From an uncultured Chloroflexia bacterium (GTDB lineage: Bacteria; Chloroflexota; Anaerolineae; CG2-30-64-16): a stretch of DNA of 64,000 bases. Positions 20,167 to 31,081 of this stretch are shown here, piece by piece (the stretch's first letter is position 1; every line of letters begins with the position of its first letter). Below the pieces are notes generated by a model that did not search any database, was not told the origin of the DNA, and was given only the letters and a program-made list of their open reading frames with translations. Location: positions 160,001 to 224,000 of the forward strand of contig CAWEMM010000012.1 in NCBI GenBank assembly GCA_963810095.1. The letters are read 5' to 3'. A program made the position numbers and the translations under genes.

Positions 20167-21612
20167 GCCAGCGGGAACACCACCGAGATCAGCCAGCCGA
20201 AGAAGAACGCGCTGCCGATCGCATAGGACCACGGGCGGTCGAACGCCGTGCTGCCCACCGTAAAGACCAGCAGGATCAGCGGCAGCAGCGGCATGAGCAG
20301 CACCAGGAACCCCATCGACGGCGCAAGGATCAAGGTCGCACCCAGCCCGACGACCAGCGCCACGCTCTGCCCCAGCCACCACAGCAGCCGCCCCCCCGCC
20401 CGCGCCCCCCACTGGCTGTATCCCGCGGCAAGGAACCACGGCAGGCAGGCGAGCCCAAGGATTGGCCAGCGCCACACGCGCTGGGGGATGGGCCACCACT
20501 GCACCCACACCACCTGCGCCATCACGCCGAACGCCAACACCAGCAGAACAAGGAAGACCAGTCCGCGGCCGGCCTCGCGACCCGTGGGCCGGTGAATGGG
20601 ACGGCTGAACAGCAGCCAGACGACGCCGGCAACCAGGAACCACAGCGCAACCGCCGCGCCCACCTGGATGCCGAGCAGCGTGGCCACCGGCAGAACCCGG
20701 CCGGCGAGGCCGACCACCAACGTCGCTGCCAGCGGCCCCACGAGCAGGCCCAGCCAGCGGCCGGTGCGCCGTCCGGCGTCCGGTCCTGGGCCGGCCACCC
20801 GCAGCACGGGCGCAAACGCGACCAGCACCAACAGCCAACCCACCAGGTGCAGCCCGTACCAGATAATCCGGCGGTCCACGTAGCCCGACGATCGCGCCGT
20901 TCCAAAAGTGCGCCCCAGCCAGTCCACGCGCCGCGGCGTGGCTCTCGTGGCGGAAGAGGATGCTGATGTGTTCAGCGAGGGGCACGACGATCATGTCGCG
21001 GGCGAGGCCACCCGCGAAGTCGTCGGACCGGCCGCCGGCCTGGGCCAGCAGACCCTCCGCATTGGCGACGAACCGTCCTTCGAGGCTGCCGGCCTGGAGA
21101 AGCAGGTTGCGCGGCGCATCCGGCCGCACGTCCGCGCCCGTTGGGGAAATCGCCACCACTGCAGAGTAGCGGTCGAGACCGGTGATGCCTGCTGTCATCA
21201 CCGCGCCGCTGCCCATCGAGTGCCCCAGCAGCGCCAGGCGGCTCCCGTCCACCTCGGGCTGAGCGACGAGCACGGCTGCCGCGGCCGCGATGTTGGCTTG
21301 CAGCGCATCGCGCACCAGCGGCGAAGGATTCGCGCCGTGGCCGTTGAAGTCGAAGAGGATGGCCGCGTAGCCTGCATGGGCCAGGCTGTAGCCATAGCCC
21401 AGCATGAGTTGCTTCGAACCTGCGAAGCCGTGTGCAACGACGACTCCCGGCACGGGGGCGCCAGCGCCGGCCGGTGCGACAAACAGCATGGGAATGCCGC
21501 CGGTAGACACGTCGCGCACCACGAGCCCCCGCCGGGGCGCGCTCACCATGACCCAGGATGCGACGATGAGGACGATGGCGAAAGCCAGCAGCAACCAGCG
21601 ACGTACGGTCAT
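20163..21612 (-). CDS. Alpha/beta hydrolase fused to a multi-pass membrane domain (apparent frameshift near 20930)
   Basis: 'VVAHGFAGS', nucleophile 'GHSMG', 'EHISIL'; continues into hydrophobic ORF 20163..20927. Confidence 0.75.
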
Positions 21613-21765
21613 TGATCCCCTCCTACCCTTTGGTGCGCGCTTGTGGTGCGCGCTTGCCCGCGGTCGTGCGCAATCCCATGGAGACCTTTTTCAGGCATTC
21701 CGAGCGCTTTAAACCCGCGGCCTGATGTTCGGCGCCCGGCGCCCCCTGTGCTACAATCGCATTGT

Positions 21766-22581
21766 ATGCGATTCGACGATCCGACCAACCCCGCTGCGTG
21801 GCTTCTCGCCAGCTTCCTCGCCCTGGTCCTTGCGACAAACATCGCCTGGCTGGTCGTGCGGAAGCAGGCCACGGACCCCGCTTACCGGCGCGGTCCGCTG
21901 GCCGCGCTGGCGTGGGCGTTACGCAGCATGTTCTACCTGCTCGTGCCGTTTCTGGCGCTCAAGCAGGGTGTCGTGTCGCAGTACGCGCTCGGCCTGACGG
22001 AGATCAACTGGCCCGCGACGCTGTCGAACGGCATGGTCCTGGCCGGCCTGATCGTGGGCGGCCTCCTGTTTGGCTGGCTGGTCTATCGCCGCGCCTCGTT
22101 CGAAGCGCTTCACGACGGCCTGGCCGCGTCTGGGTCCCCCACTGCCGGCGGAGAACCTGCCCTGGCACGCCTGCTCGCCGGCCTGCGCGCGCCCGTCGAC
22201 GCGGCGCTGCAGCAGTGGCACTGGGCGTTCTACCGGGCCGCAGCCATCGGGTGGCTGATGCTCCCGCTGGCCCTGCCCGGGGCAGGGGTCGCCGACCGGG
22301 TACTGCTGGGTTGGCAGCACGACCCACTCTATTGGGGCGCATGGCTGGGGCTCGCCGTCGCGGGGCTGGAATGGGCGCTCGACCCATTTGTGCTCGTTCA
22401 ACTGAAGCGTCCGGGCGAACGGGAGGTTGCGCTGCGCCGTGCAGCGCTTGCCGTCGCTACCACGGGTCTCTTCGTGCTCACCCGCAACTTCTGGTTGTGC
22501 CTGGCGGTGCACGTCGTGGTCGAGACGCTCGCCGTCGGATGGTTCTCCCTCAGCACGCCGGCCCTGCCCGAAGGCGATTAA
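21766..22581 (+). CDS. Multi-pass membrane protein, possibly a degenerate CPBP/Abi family member
   Basis: Hydrophobic; 'TRNFWLCLAVH' resembles CPBP motif 4; 'QQWHWAFYR' in place of EExxxR; TGCTACAAT just upstream. Confidence 0.55.
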   Translation: MRFDDPTNPAAWLLASFLALVLATNIAWLVVRKQATDPAYRRGPLAALAWALRSMFYLLVPFLALKQGVVSQYALGLTEINWPATLSNGMVLAGLIVGGLLFGWLVYRRASFEALHDGLAASGSPTAGGEPALARLLAGLRAPVDAALQQWHWAFYRAAAIGWLMLPLALPGAGVADRVLLGWQHDPLYWGAWLGLAVAGLEWALDPFVLVQLKRPGEREVALRRAALAVATTGLFVLTRNFWLCLAVHVVVETLAVGWFSLSTPALPEGD

Positions 22582-22680
22582 ACCACAAAGGGCCCCGCTC
22601 ACCAATGAGCCAGGGCCCCTTGCACTCTGCTGCGCTGCGGAACGGTGACCGTCCCGCTTCCCATTGCCCGGATGGTCCCT

Positions 22681-22989
22681 CTAGCGGACGATGAACCCCA
22701 GGACGATAAGCCCGGCCAGGATCCCGACCGCCGTAATGCCCAACCGCCGCAGGTCACCCATGACGTACGTGTAGTCGCTGATCCGGTCGACCCGGGTGTA
22801 CGAGCCGGACGCGCCCGCGCCGCGGGGGGTCTGGCCCGCCGAGCGCGAAGTCGCGCTGCGGGTCGACGTCGTCGGGGTGGCTGCCGGCGCCTGCGTGGTT
22901 GCAGTCTGTGAGGGCTGGCCGTCACCGTACATGCGGGGCTCAGATGCTTTGGGCGTGCGAGCCTGGCTCTTCTTTTGTTGCTTCGCCAT
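22681..22989 (-). CDS. Small basic hypothetical protein with C-terminal TM helix
   Basis: MAKQQKKS start; 'DYTYVMGDLRRLGITAVGILAGLIVLGF' tail anchor. Confidence 0.65.
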   Translation of the reverse strand: MAKQQKKSQARTPKASEPRMYGDGQPSQTATTQAPAATPTTSTRSATSRSAGQTPRGAGASGSYTRVDRISDYTYVMGDLRRLGITAVGILAGLIVLGFIVR

Positions 22990-23055
22990 CAGGAAAACCT
23001 CGTCAGGGATAAATGAGTCCAAACCTCGCTATTATAGGCCCAGTGGCTGTTATGG

Positions 23056-24681
23056 TCAATTCGGATGGCTCCCGTTGTCGTGCGGCCTGCGTCTCAGGCC
23101 GAGCCGTATGCGGGCCACGTCGCCGATTTGCGCAATCTCTTCGACCTTGAACAACCGCAAGACGATCAGATAGAACGCGCCGGCAATTCCGCCCGCCACC
23201 GCAACGATAATCAGGTACCCGAGCTTTCCCGCGGGCACCCGCGGGGTCAGGAACGCGGCCGCGGCTGCCGCGACCACTGCCATCATCACAGCCGCCAGCG
23301 AGCCGAATCCCAGGGTTCTCAGGACGTGCTGCCCGTGTAGCCGCGCCACGCTCCGGTAGAGCAGGACGGTCATGATCGTCGCGTGGGCCGCCTGCTTGGC
23401 CGAATCCGCGAGAACCAACCCGAGGAAACCGATGCGCTCCTTGAGCAGGAGTGCGGTCACGAAGTAGAAGCCGACCGAGATCACGCCGACAATCGCCGGC
23501 GTGCGCGTGTTCTGCCGGGCGTAGAAGCTGTAGTTCAGCAGGAAATCGACGCCGGCAAACGGGAGGCCGATCAGGTAGCAGCGAAGCGCCAGCGACGTCA
23601 TCGCCGCGTCCTGAGGGGTGAAGTAGCCGTGCTGGAAAATCAACTGGACGATGGGCAGGGACAGTGCGAACAGCCCTGCCGTCGCGGGCAGCAGCAGCAC
23701 GAGCACCAGCCGCAGCCCGCGGCCAAAAATGTTCCGGAACCCGTCCCAGTCGGCATCAATCGCGAAGCGGGACAGGCTGGGCAGCGCGGCCAGGGACACG
23801 GCTACCGGGATGAGGCCCAGCGGAAGCTGGATCAGCGTCGTCGCAAAACCCATCCATGCGACGCTCTGCTCGCCCGCGGCCGACGCCCAGCGCCCGTCGA
23901 CAATGATCTGGAACTGTGTCACGATCAGGCCGAGCATCAGAGGGACGTAGAGCCGCCCAATCTGGCGGACGGCGGGGTGCCGCCAGGCCGTCGTCAGTCG
24001 CACCCGGACGTCTCGAATGCCATAGCCCACGACGACGAGCTGCAGCAGGCTGCCGGCGACGATGCCAAGCGGCAGCACGTAGATGTTCAGCTTCCCGGCG
24101 AGGAGCGGCGTCAGGATGACGATGCCGAGGTTGAAGACCGCGGCGCTGAGTGCGGTATAGGAGAAACGGCGCAAGGCGTAAAGCAGCGCGGTGACTCCGC
24201 CGGTCAGCCCGAAGAACAGGACCGCGGGCGCGATGACGCGCAGCGAGTTCTGGAGCACGACCTGGAGATGCGGGTCTTCAAAGTTGCCGAGAAGGTTGGC
24301 GAGCGGACCCGAGAAGGCTTCGACCACCAGCACGAGGAGGCCCATCACGATGGCGATGAGGCTGAGGACCGCGCTGGCGACACGGGCGAGCTCGGCTCGC
24401 TGCTCGCGGCGCGAGTATTCGCTGAGAACGGGCACGAGCGCGGCGCTCAACATGCCGCCGACCAGCAGGTCGTAGATCATGGTCGGCACGCGGGCGGCCA
24501 GCCGGAACGCTGCGAGCTCGCCGCTGGCGCCGAAGTAGCCCGAAATCACCGCCTCGCGCAGCAGCCCGATGACCCGGCTTGCGACATTCCCCAGCCCGAG
24601 GATGCCCGCCGAGCGCGCGAGACCGGTGCCGGCGCGCTCAGCGCCCCGGCTTTCGGCACCTTCCCCTGCGGCAGGACTCAT
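23056..24681 (-). CDS. murJ: Lipid II flippase MurJ (MviN), paralog 1
   Basis: 'ASRVIGLLRE...FGA', 'GGMLSAALVPV', 'QLPLG', 'FQHGYF', 'FYARQNTRTP'. Confidence 0.88.
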   Translation of the reverse strand: MSPAAGEGAESRGAERAGTGLARSAGILGLGNVASRVIGLLREAVISGYFGASGELAAFRLAARVPTMIYDLLVGGMLSAALVPVLSEYSRREQRAELARVASAVLSLIAIVMGLLVLVVEAFSGPLANLLGNFEDPHLQVVLQNSLRVIAPAVLFFGLTGGVTALLYALRRFSYTALSAAVFNLGIVILTPLLAGKLNIYVLPLGIVAGSLLQLVVVGYGIRDVRVRLTTAWRHPAVRQIGRLYVPLMLGLIVTQFQIIVDGRWASAAGEQSVAWMGFATTLIQLPLGLIPVAVSLAALPSLSRFAIDADWDGFRNIFGRGLRLVLVLLLPATAGLFALSLPIVQLIFQHGYFTPQDAAMTSLALRCYLIGLPFAGVDFLLNYSFYARQNTRTPAIVGVISVGFYFVTALLLKERIGFLGLVLADSAKQAAHATIMTVLLYRSVARLHGQHVLRTLGFGSLAAVMMAVVAAAAAAFLTPRVPAGKLGYLIIVAVAGGIAGAFYLIVLRLFKVEEIAQIGDVARIRLGLRRRPHDNGSHPN

Positions 24682-24772
24682 GCTCGGTTCGGCTGCTCTC
24701 GATCGGCTCGCGTAAAGTTAGGTCGTACGAGGTGAGGGCGCCCGCCCGCGCCCTGCGCCACTACAAGAGATG

Positions 24773-25252
24773 TCATCCCGCATCGGGCAGAGAACGGATG
24801 CGCTCGATAATCAAAGTGGTCGAGCGGTCGGGCACATAGGGCAGGAAGGCTACCCGCCCGCCGTAACCTTCGACGATCTCCGCCTCTGGGGGTCGTGGTC
24901 CACCCGGCCGTCCCCAGTCCCCGCCCTTGACATAGACCGCTGGCCGCAGCGCCTCGACCAGCCCCGACGCGGTCAGGTCGTCGAAGATCACGACCACGTC
25001 GACGCAGCCCAGCGCCGCCAACAATTCCGCGCGATCCGCCTGGGGCACCAACGGCCGGCCCGGCTTTCGAGCCGCACACGACGCGTCGCTGTTCAAGCCG
25101 ATCACCAACGCATCGCCCAGCGCGGCCGCGGCCTGCAGATAGCGCACATGTCCGACATGCAGCAGGTCGAAGTGGCCGTTGGTAAAGACGACGCGGCCCG
25201 GCTGTTCGCTCCGCCACGCCGTTGCCTCGTCAAGAGTCAGAACGCTGCCCAA
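24773..25252 (-). CDS. RfaE domain II-like nucleotidyltransferase (cytidylyltransferase family)
   Basis: 'VFTNGHFDLLHVGHVRYL', 'IGLNSD', 'YVKGGDW', 'RSTTLII'. Confidence 0.85.
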   Translation of the reverse strand: MGSVLTLDEATAWRSEQPGRVVFTNGHFDLLHVGHVRYLQAAAALGDALVIGLNSDASCAARKPGRPLVPQADRAELLAALGCVDVVVIFDDLTASGLVEALRPAVYVKGGDWGRPGGPRPPEAEIVEGYGGRVAFLPYVPDRSTTLIIERIRSLPDAG

Positions 25253-25271
25253 CAGGAATCTCCCCTGCTCC

Positions 25272-25386
25272 GGAAACCGGGTTTCTTCGGGAAACCGCCA
25301 GCGGCACGTTCGGAGACCGGCCCCAGCCCCCGTTCCGATGCTGCGATTCGTCTAGAAACCAGGTTTCTTCGAGAAACCTGGTTTCT
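25272..25386. repeat. Composite palindromic repeat cluster: GAAACCGGGTTTCT family plus REP-like copy; overlaps the WecB/TagA 3' end
   Basis: GGAAACCGGGTTTCTTCGGGAAACCG at 25272-97; inverted REP-like copy at 25301-27; AGAAACCAGGTTTCTTCGAGAAACCTGGTTTCT at 25354-86. Confidence 0.7.
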
Positions 25387-26104
25387 CCCTGAGGACTGCC
25401 CACACGAACTTGGGCAGGGCCAACTGCCGGCGCCAGCGTGACGGCTGCTTGATCAGCCGGTAGAGCCACTCCAGGTTGACCCGGCGCACCCACTCGGGTG
25501 CGCGCTGCTGCACACCCACGATGAAGTCCAGTGAGCCGCCCACTCCCATCATGGCCGGCACTCCGGCCTGCAACCCGTGCTGCGCGATCCAGAAGTCCTG
25601 CTTCGGGGCGCCATACGCCACAAACAAGACGTCGGGACGGGCCGACCGCACCCGCTCGACGATCTCGGCTGCGTCCTTGTCGGCCGGCGACCCTGCATAC
25701 GTGCCCACGACCTGCAGCCCGGGATATCGCTGGACGAGGATCTGTGCCGCCCGCTCGGCCACCCCCGGCCCCGCGCCCAGCAGGAACAGCCGCCAACCCT
25801 TCTCGGCCGCCCGGGCCGCAATCAGCGGCACACCGTCCGACCCGGTGACCCGCTCGGGGAGCGGCTGCCCCCTGCGCCGCGCCGCCCACAGCAGGCCCAC
25901 GCCGTCGGCAATGCACAGGTCGGCCGCGCTCAGGACGGCCGCAAAGGCCGGATCGCGCCGGGCCTCCATTACGAACTCGGGATTCACCGTGCAAATCTGG
26001 TGTGGACCCCGCTCGTGCACCCAGTGCTCGATGCAGTCCAGCATCCCTTCGAACGTGACGCCGTCGACGCGAATACCGAGGATGCGAACAGAATCGTAGG
26101 CCAT
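25352..26104 (-). CDS. WecB/TagA/CpsF family glycosyltransferase
   Basis: 'TVNPEF', 'ADGVG', 'RVTGSD', 'GAPKQD.WI', 'GVGGSLDF', 'RAP..V....LEWLYRL..QPSRWRRQ'. Confidence 0.92.
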   Translation of the reverse strand: MAYDSVRILGIRVDGVTFEGMLDCIEHWVHERGPHQICTVNPEFVMEARRDPAFAAVLSAADLCIADGVGLLWAARRRGQPLPERVTGSDGVPLIAARAAEKGWRLFLLGAGPGVAERAAQILVQRYPGLQVVGTYAGSPADKDAAEIVERVRSARPDVLFVAYGAPKQDFWIAQHGLQAGVPAMMGVGGSLDFIVGVQQRAPEWVRRVNLEWLYRLIKQPSRWRRQLALPKFVWAVLREKPGFSKKPGF

Positions 26105-26113
26105 GCAGGCGCC

Positions 26114-27274
26114 CTAGCTCTTCGGTGCCCCGGCAGACCCCGCAGGACTCCGTTTGCCCCGTGCCACGCTCTCCAAAACGGCGAGCGTCTCCCGCGCACA
26201 CTTCTCCCACGAGAAGCGCTTGACATTCTCGTGCCCTCGGCGTCGCAGCTCGGCCGCCAGGTCCGGTTCTGTCACCAGCCGGTACATCGCGTCCGCGATC
26301 GCGTCCACATCGTGTGGATCGACCAGCAGCGCCGCATTGCCTGCCACCTCGGGCAGCGAAGACGTATTTGAGGTGATGACGGGCACGCCGCAACCTCCTG
26401 CTTCGAGAATCGGGATGCCAAACCCTTCGTACAGCGATGGGAAGACGAACGCAGTGGCCGCGCTCAGCAGCGCAGCCATGTCTTCGTCAGGGACGTAGCC
26501 CGGGAAGACAACCCGCTCGTCCAACCCGGCGCGCGCGACCCGCTCGAAGAGCGAGTCGTACAGCCAGCCCTGCTTGCCCGCCAATACCAGCTGCACGTCG
26601 GCCATCTGGGGCCGGTCGCACAGCCGCTCAAATGCTTGAACGACGCGCTCCAGGTTTTTGCGGGGCTGCAAGGTGCCCACATACAACAGGTAGCGCTGGG
26701 CCAGGTCGTACTTGGCCCGCACCGCGGCCAGCTTCAGCGGATTGGTCACCTGCTTCAGCGACTCATCCCGACCCAGGTACACCACGTGCACTTTATCCGC
26801 CCGCGCGCCGTAGGCCCGGATCAAGTCCGCCTTCGTCGCCCTCGAGTCGGCCAGCACGGCAGCGGCCTGGTGCGCGTTCCAGCGGGTCGACCAGTCCAGG
26901 TAGCGCCGGTCCGCAGGCTTGTGCGCCTCGGGATAAGACAGGTAGCCCAGGTCGTGGATCGTGACGACGCTGGCACGGGGATGAAACAGCGGCAGGACGT
27001 GCGCAGGCACGAAAAGCACGTCGGGTGGGTCAGCCACCATCTCCGCGCTGAGCCGGGCGTGCGTCCACAACCGGCGAAACGGGATATCGCGCACTTCGGC
27101 CGAGCCGCGCTCGGCTTGGCCGAACAACCCCTCAGGGGGCGGACTGTTCGTGTACAGCCGAAAGTGGTGGCCTTGCCCCAGGCGCAGCATCTCCTGGATG
27201 ACGTGAACCGAGTAGACCTCGGTTCCCGTTCGCCGCTTGACGGTTGCACGGCTGGCATCGACGCCGATCAGCAT
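26114..27274 (-). CDS. Glycosyltransferase family 4 (WbaZ/MtfB-like)
   Basis: 'TIHDLGY', 'YVGTLQPRKN', 'FPSLYEGFGIPILEA', 'SSLPEVAG'. Confidence 0.92.
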   Translation of the reverse strand: MLIGVDASRATVKRRTGTEVYSVHVIQEMLRLGQGHHFRLYTNSPPPEGLFGQAERGSAEVRDIPFRRLWTHARLSAEMVADPPDVLFVPAHVLPLFHPRASVVTIHDLGYLSYPEAHKPADRRYLDWSTRWNAHQAAAVLADSRATKADLIRAYGARADKVHVVYLGRDESLKQVTNPLKLAAVRAKYDLAQRYLLYVGTLQPRKNLERVVQAFERLCDRPQMADVQLVLAGKQGWLYDSLFERVARAGLDERVVFPGYVPDEDMAALLSAATAFVFPSLYEGFGIPILEAGGCGVPVITSNTSSLPEVAGNAALLVDPHDVDAIADAMYRLVTEPDLAAELRRRGHENVKRFSWEKCARETLAVLESVARGKRSPAGSAGAPKS

Positions 27275-27352
27275 GGATCCTGTCTTTATGCGGCCCGCCC
27301 GGTCAGGTTCGGCCGGCAGTGTGCGCCACGAGAAGAGACTGCTATTCGTCTA

Positions 27353-27995
27353 TTATAGCACAGCGAGCAGGTCGGTTTCAGTCAGGGGCCCGGCCCGCAG
27401 AATCGCGCGGCACGGGACCCGTGACGTCGACCACGGTCGACGCCGCGCCGCCGGGGCACGGCCCGCCGTCGAGGATCAGGGCCACCCGCCCTTCGAGCTG
27501 CGCCCGCACTTCCTCTACGGTCACGGGCGAGGGCCCGCCCGAGAGGTTGGCGCTGGTCGTGGCGAGGGGTGCACCAGCAGCCCGAATCAGGGCGCGAGTC
27601 AGCTCGTGGTCGGGTATCCGCACGGCGACCGTGTCGCCGCCCGCCGTAACCTCGGCCGGAACGACCGCCGCTTTCGGCACGACAAGGGTCAGCGGGCCGG
27701 GCCAGAACGCCTCGGCCAGCTTCATGCCCACCGGCGGCAGGTGATCGGCGACGAGGGTGAGATCCGCGGGGTCTGCCAGCAGGATGGGGATCGCCTTGTC
27801 CAGGCTGCGGAGCTTGGCGGTATAGAGCCGGGCGACGGCGGCTTCGTTCCAGCAAACCGCACCCACGCCGTAGACGGTGTCCGTGGGAAACGCGACGAGT
27901 TCACCCGCCCTCAGAAGAGCGACAGCTGCGGCGAGGTCCGGATGTTGAGCGGGTTCAGGCCCCCCTGCCGCCAAGGAGGTACTTTTCGATGACAT
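27353..27995 (-). CDS. tsaC: Threonylcarbamoyl-AMP synthase TsaC/Sua5 (apparent frameshift near 27408; start approximate)
   Basis: 'VAFPTDTVYG', 'FWPGPLTLV', 'TVAVRIP', 'TSANLSG', 'STVVDVT'; shifted tail 'ILRAGPLTETDLLAVL*'. Confidence 0.85.
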
Positions 27996-28783
27996 AGGCC
28001 AATCCATCCTCCGTCACTGCCGGCGCCACCACGTCTGCCGCCTCAAACACCTCGGGCAGCGCGTTGCCCATCGCCACCCCTAACCCGGCCCACTCGATCA
28101 TGGAATTGTCATTGCCCGAATCGCCGACCGCAACCGTTTCGGCCCGATCGACGCCGAAGTGCTCGGCGAGATACTTCAGGCCGTGGCCTTTCGAGGCTTC
28201 GAGGGAGTGGACTTCGACAAACAGGTCGTGCGAGCGCACCACGCCGAGCCGGCCGGCGAACCGCTCCCGTAACTCGTCGCGCAACGCGTCGTTGGTCTCG
28301 GGTGCGCCGATAAACAGGCCCTTGAGGGGCGACCGCCCCAACGCGGCAAAGCGCTCGCAAATCTCGGCGTAGCTCGCCACGAATTGAATGGGCATGCCAA
28401 ACCAGCGTTCGTAGAACTCGGCGGGCCTACCGCGGTCGACGACGTACATCAGCTCTTCGTCGTAGACGTTGAGGTCGAGGTCCCGCTCTGCCGCCATGGC
28501 CAGCACCTCGCACATGGCGCCCGACGGCGCGGGCTCGGCAAACAGCACTCGCTTCTCGCCGGTGAGCTCGCGCACCATTGCGCCCTGGTAACAAATCACG
28601 GGCGCGTCGAGCCCGATGGCCAGCGCGTAGCGGGCGGCCGAGTCATAAGGCCGGCCGGTCGCGAGCACCGTGATTACGCCCGCGGCGCGGCGCCGCGTCG
28701 ATCGCCCGGCAGACGCGCTCGGAAGGCAGCTGCCCGTCGATAGCCGCCGTGCCGTCGTAATCAAATGCAAGTAGTCGGTACAA
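27955..28783 (-). CDS. Cof-type HAD-IIB hydrolase (apparent frameshift near 28690)
   Basis: N-terminal 'LLAFDYDGT' in an alternative frame from TTG 28783; 'LATGR', 'SKG', 'GDSGNDNSMI...VAMGNA'. Confidence 0.85.
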
Positions 28784-28796
28784 CAGAAGCTCTCTA

Positions 28797-28868
28797 AACC
28801 ACAAAGACACAAAGACACGAAGCTCCGCAAAGGCTTAGTGCGCCTTCGTGTCTCCGTGTCTTTGTGGT
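28797..28868. repeat. Palindromic intergenic repeat, ACAAAGAC/ACACGAAG family
   Basis: Left arm ACCACAAAGACACAAAGACACGAAG; right arm CTTCGTGTCTCCGTGTCTTTGTGGT. Confidence 0.8.
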
Positions 28869-28872
28869 GACG

Positions 28873-29901
28873 TCACGTCGAAATCACGACCACCCGGTCC
28901 AGGCCGGTGTAGTCCACCAGCACGCTGCACCCGCACTCGGGAAGCGCCGCGTTGACACATGAGCGCATGAGGGCGCCTTCATCCGACCCAATTTCCAGGA
29001 AGACGGTCGCGCCGGGCTTCAGCTTCGCCTTGCCCTGGCTCGATGCCGTGCTCTGCACCAGGCTCCGCAGCACGTCGCAGCCGTCCGGTCCGCCGTCCAG
29101 CGCCAACACAGGCTCGTACTCGCGCACCTGGCGCGGCAGTGTCGCCAGGTCCGGCGTTGCCACGTACGGCAAATTCGCTACGACGATGTCGACTGGCTCG
29201 GGCAGGCAGTCGAGGAGTGAGCCGGGCACCAGGTGCACCTGCTCGCCCACGCCGTAGCGCCAGACGTTCTTCTCGGCCACTTCCATGCAAGCAGCCGATA
29301 CGTCGGTGGCGTAGACGGTCGCCTCAGGAAAATTCACGGCCAGCGCCACCGCAATGGCGCCGCTGCCCGTGCCGATGTCTGCAATGACCGGCCGCTGGCC
29401 CTCGCGCAGCAGCCGCTGCGCCTGGCCCAACGCGCGCTCGACCAGCATTTCCGTCTCTGGCCGTGGGATCAATACCCGATTGTCTACGGTTATGTCAAGC
29501 CCATAGAACGGCTTGTAGCCGACGAGGTAAGCCACCGGCTCGTGACACATGCGCCGCCGAACCAGTGCCTCGAAACGAGCGATCTCACCTTCGGCCAATT
29601 GCCGGGTGGGATGCGCATAGAGCCACGCCTTGTTGACGCCCAACACGAAAGACAGCAATACCGAGGCGTCCAATTGGGCGGTCTCGATGCCCACTTCATT
29701 CAAGCGCCGGGTCGCCGCCAGCAAAGCACGGCCCACGTCACTCGAACGATCCAGCGACCAAACGATTTGCAAACTTCTATCCTCGAAACACGGGCTTCCG
29801 CGCACTCCAACCACACTGGTCACAGACTCGGAGGCCCCGTTGCCGTTGGCGTCCCGTCCCAGGGACGCTGCCGAGAAAATCTTCATTTGTGAAGTGTTCA
29901 A
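28873..29901 (-). CDS. prmC: Release factor glutamine methyltransferase PrmC (start uncertain; possible N-terminal extension)
   Basis: 'EPVAYLVG', 'VLIPRPETE', 'DIGTGSGAIA', 'ANLPY', 'EPVLALDGGPDG'; follows prfA. Confidence 0.92.
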   Translation of the reverse strand: MNTSQMKIFSAASLGRDANGNGASESVTSVVGVRGSPCFEDRSLQIVWSLDRSSDVGRALLAATRRLNEVGIETAQLDASVLLSFVLGVNKAWLYAHPTRQLAEGEIARFEALVRRRMCHEPVAYLVGYKPFYGLDITVDNRVLIPRPETEMLVERALGQAQRLLREGQRPVIADIGTGSGAIAVALAVNFPEATVYATDVSAACMEVAEKNVWRYGVGEQVHLVPGSLLDCLPEPVDIVVANLPYVATPDLATLPRQVREYEPVLALDGGPDGCDVLRSLVQSTASSQGKAKLKPGATVFLEIGSDEGALMRSCVNAALPECGCSVLVDYTGLDRVVVIST

Positions 29902-29902
29902 G

Positions 29903-30982
29903 TCAATCCTCGCCGATGGCTTCCAGCCGCTCCGTTTGATCCGTCGTTGCCAACTCTTCGATGAATTCGTCCAGATCCCCGTTCATAAAGCCGATTAGGT
30001 TGTATGTTGTCCTGCCGATGCGGTGATCGGTGACCCGATTCTGGGGGTAGTTGTACGTGCGGATCTTCTCGCTCCGCTCCCCGGTGCCGACCTGGCTCCG
30101 TCGCGCCTCGCTGCGCTCGTTGGCCAGCCGTTCCTGCTCTGCCTGGTACAGGCGCGCGCGCAGGATCGCCATCGCCTTGATCTTGTTCTGTAGCTGTGAC
30201 TTCTCGTCCTGGCAGCTCACGACGAGTCCCGTGGGGAGATGGGTCACCCGAATGGCCGAGTCCGTGGTGTTGACGCTCTGCCCGCCCGGCCCGGTGGCGC
30301 GAAACACGTCGATGCGGACATCGCCCGGCGCGATCTGCACGTCGACCTCGTCCGCCTCGGGCAGCACCGCGACCGTCGCCGTCGAGGTGTGGATGCGCCC
30401 CTGCGCCTCGGTAACGGGCACGCGCTGCACCCGGTGGACGCCGCTTTCGAACTTGAGCCTCGAATACGCGCCGCGTCCCTTCACCTGGAAGACGATTTCC
30501 TTAAAGCCACCGATGCCGGTCTCCGCCTGGCTCATGATGTCGGTCTTGTAGCCGTGCTCCTCAGCCCACCGCGCGTACATGCGAAACAGGTCACCCGCGA
30601 AAAGAGCGGCTTCATCGCCGCCCGTACCGGCGCGAATTTCCACAATGACGTTTTTCTCGTCGAGCGGATCTTTCGGCACCAGTAATAAGCGTAAACGCTC
30701 TTCGCGCTGCGCCTGTTCCGCGGTCAGCCGCTCGACTTCGGCGCGCGCCATTTCGCTCATTTCGTCGTCGGCGCCCGCCTCCGCCAGGAGCATCTGCGCG
30801 CCCTCCATCTCGTCCTGGGCTGCGATCCAGGCCCGGTACTCGTTGACGATGGGCTCGATCTCCGACTGCTCGCGCGCCAAGTCGGCCAGGCGCCCGTGGT
30901 CCTTTGCCGCGGCCGGATCGGCCATCATCTCGTTCAGTTCTTCGTACCTGCGGTCTATCGCCGCAACCTTCTCAATTACCAT
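29903..30982 (-). CDS. prfA: Peptide chain release factor 1
   Basis: '[11 protein letters not shown]', '[10 protein letters not shown]' (PxT), '[13 protein letters not shown]' (GGQ), '[15 protein letters not shown]'. Confidence 0.97.
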   Translation of the reverse strand: MVIEKVAAIDRRYEELNEMMADPAAAKDHGRLADLAREQSEIEPIVNEYRAWIAAQDEMEGAQMLLAEAGADDEMSEMARAEVERLTAEQAQREERLRLLLVPKDPLDEKNVIVEIRAGTGGDEAALFAGDLFRMYARWAEEHGYKTDIMSQAETGIGGFKEIVFQVKGRGAYSRLKFESGVHRVQRVPVTEAQGRIHTSTATVAVLPEADEVDVQIAPGDVRIDVFRATGPGGQSVNTTDSAIRVTHLPTGLVVSCQDEKSQLQNKIKAMAILRARLYQAEQERLANERSEARRSQVGTGERSEKIRTYNYPQNRVTDHRIGRTTYNLIGFMNGDLDEFIEELATTDQTERLEAIGED

Positions 30983-31005
30983 GCGCGTCCTGTCGGGATA
31001 ATCTC

Positions 31006-31067
31006 AACACAAAGGCACAAAGACACGAAGGTCACAGAGAACCATGTGCGTTGGTGTCTTTGTGGTT
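31006..31067. repeat. Palindromic intergenic repeat, ACAAAGAC family
   Basis: AACACAAAGGCACAAAGACACGAAG ... TTGGTGTCTTTGTGGTT. Confidence 0.75.
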
Positions 31068-31081
31068 CGAGCTGACTCTCG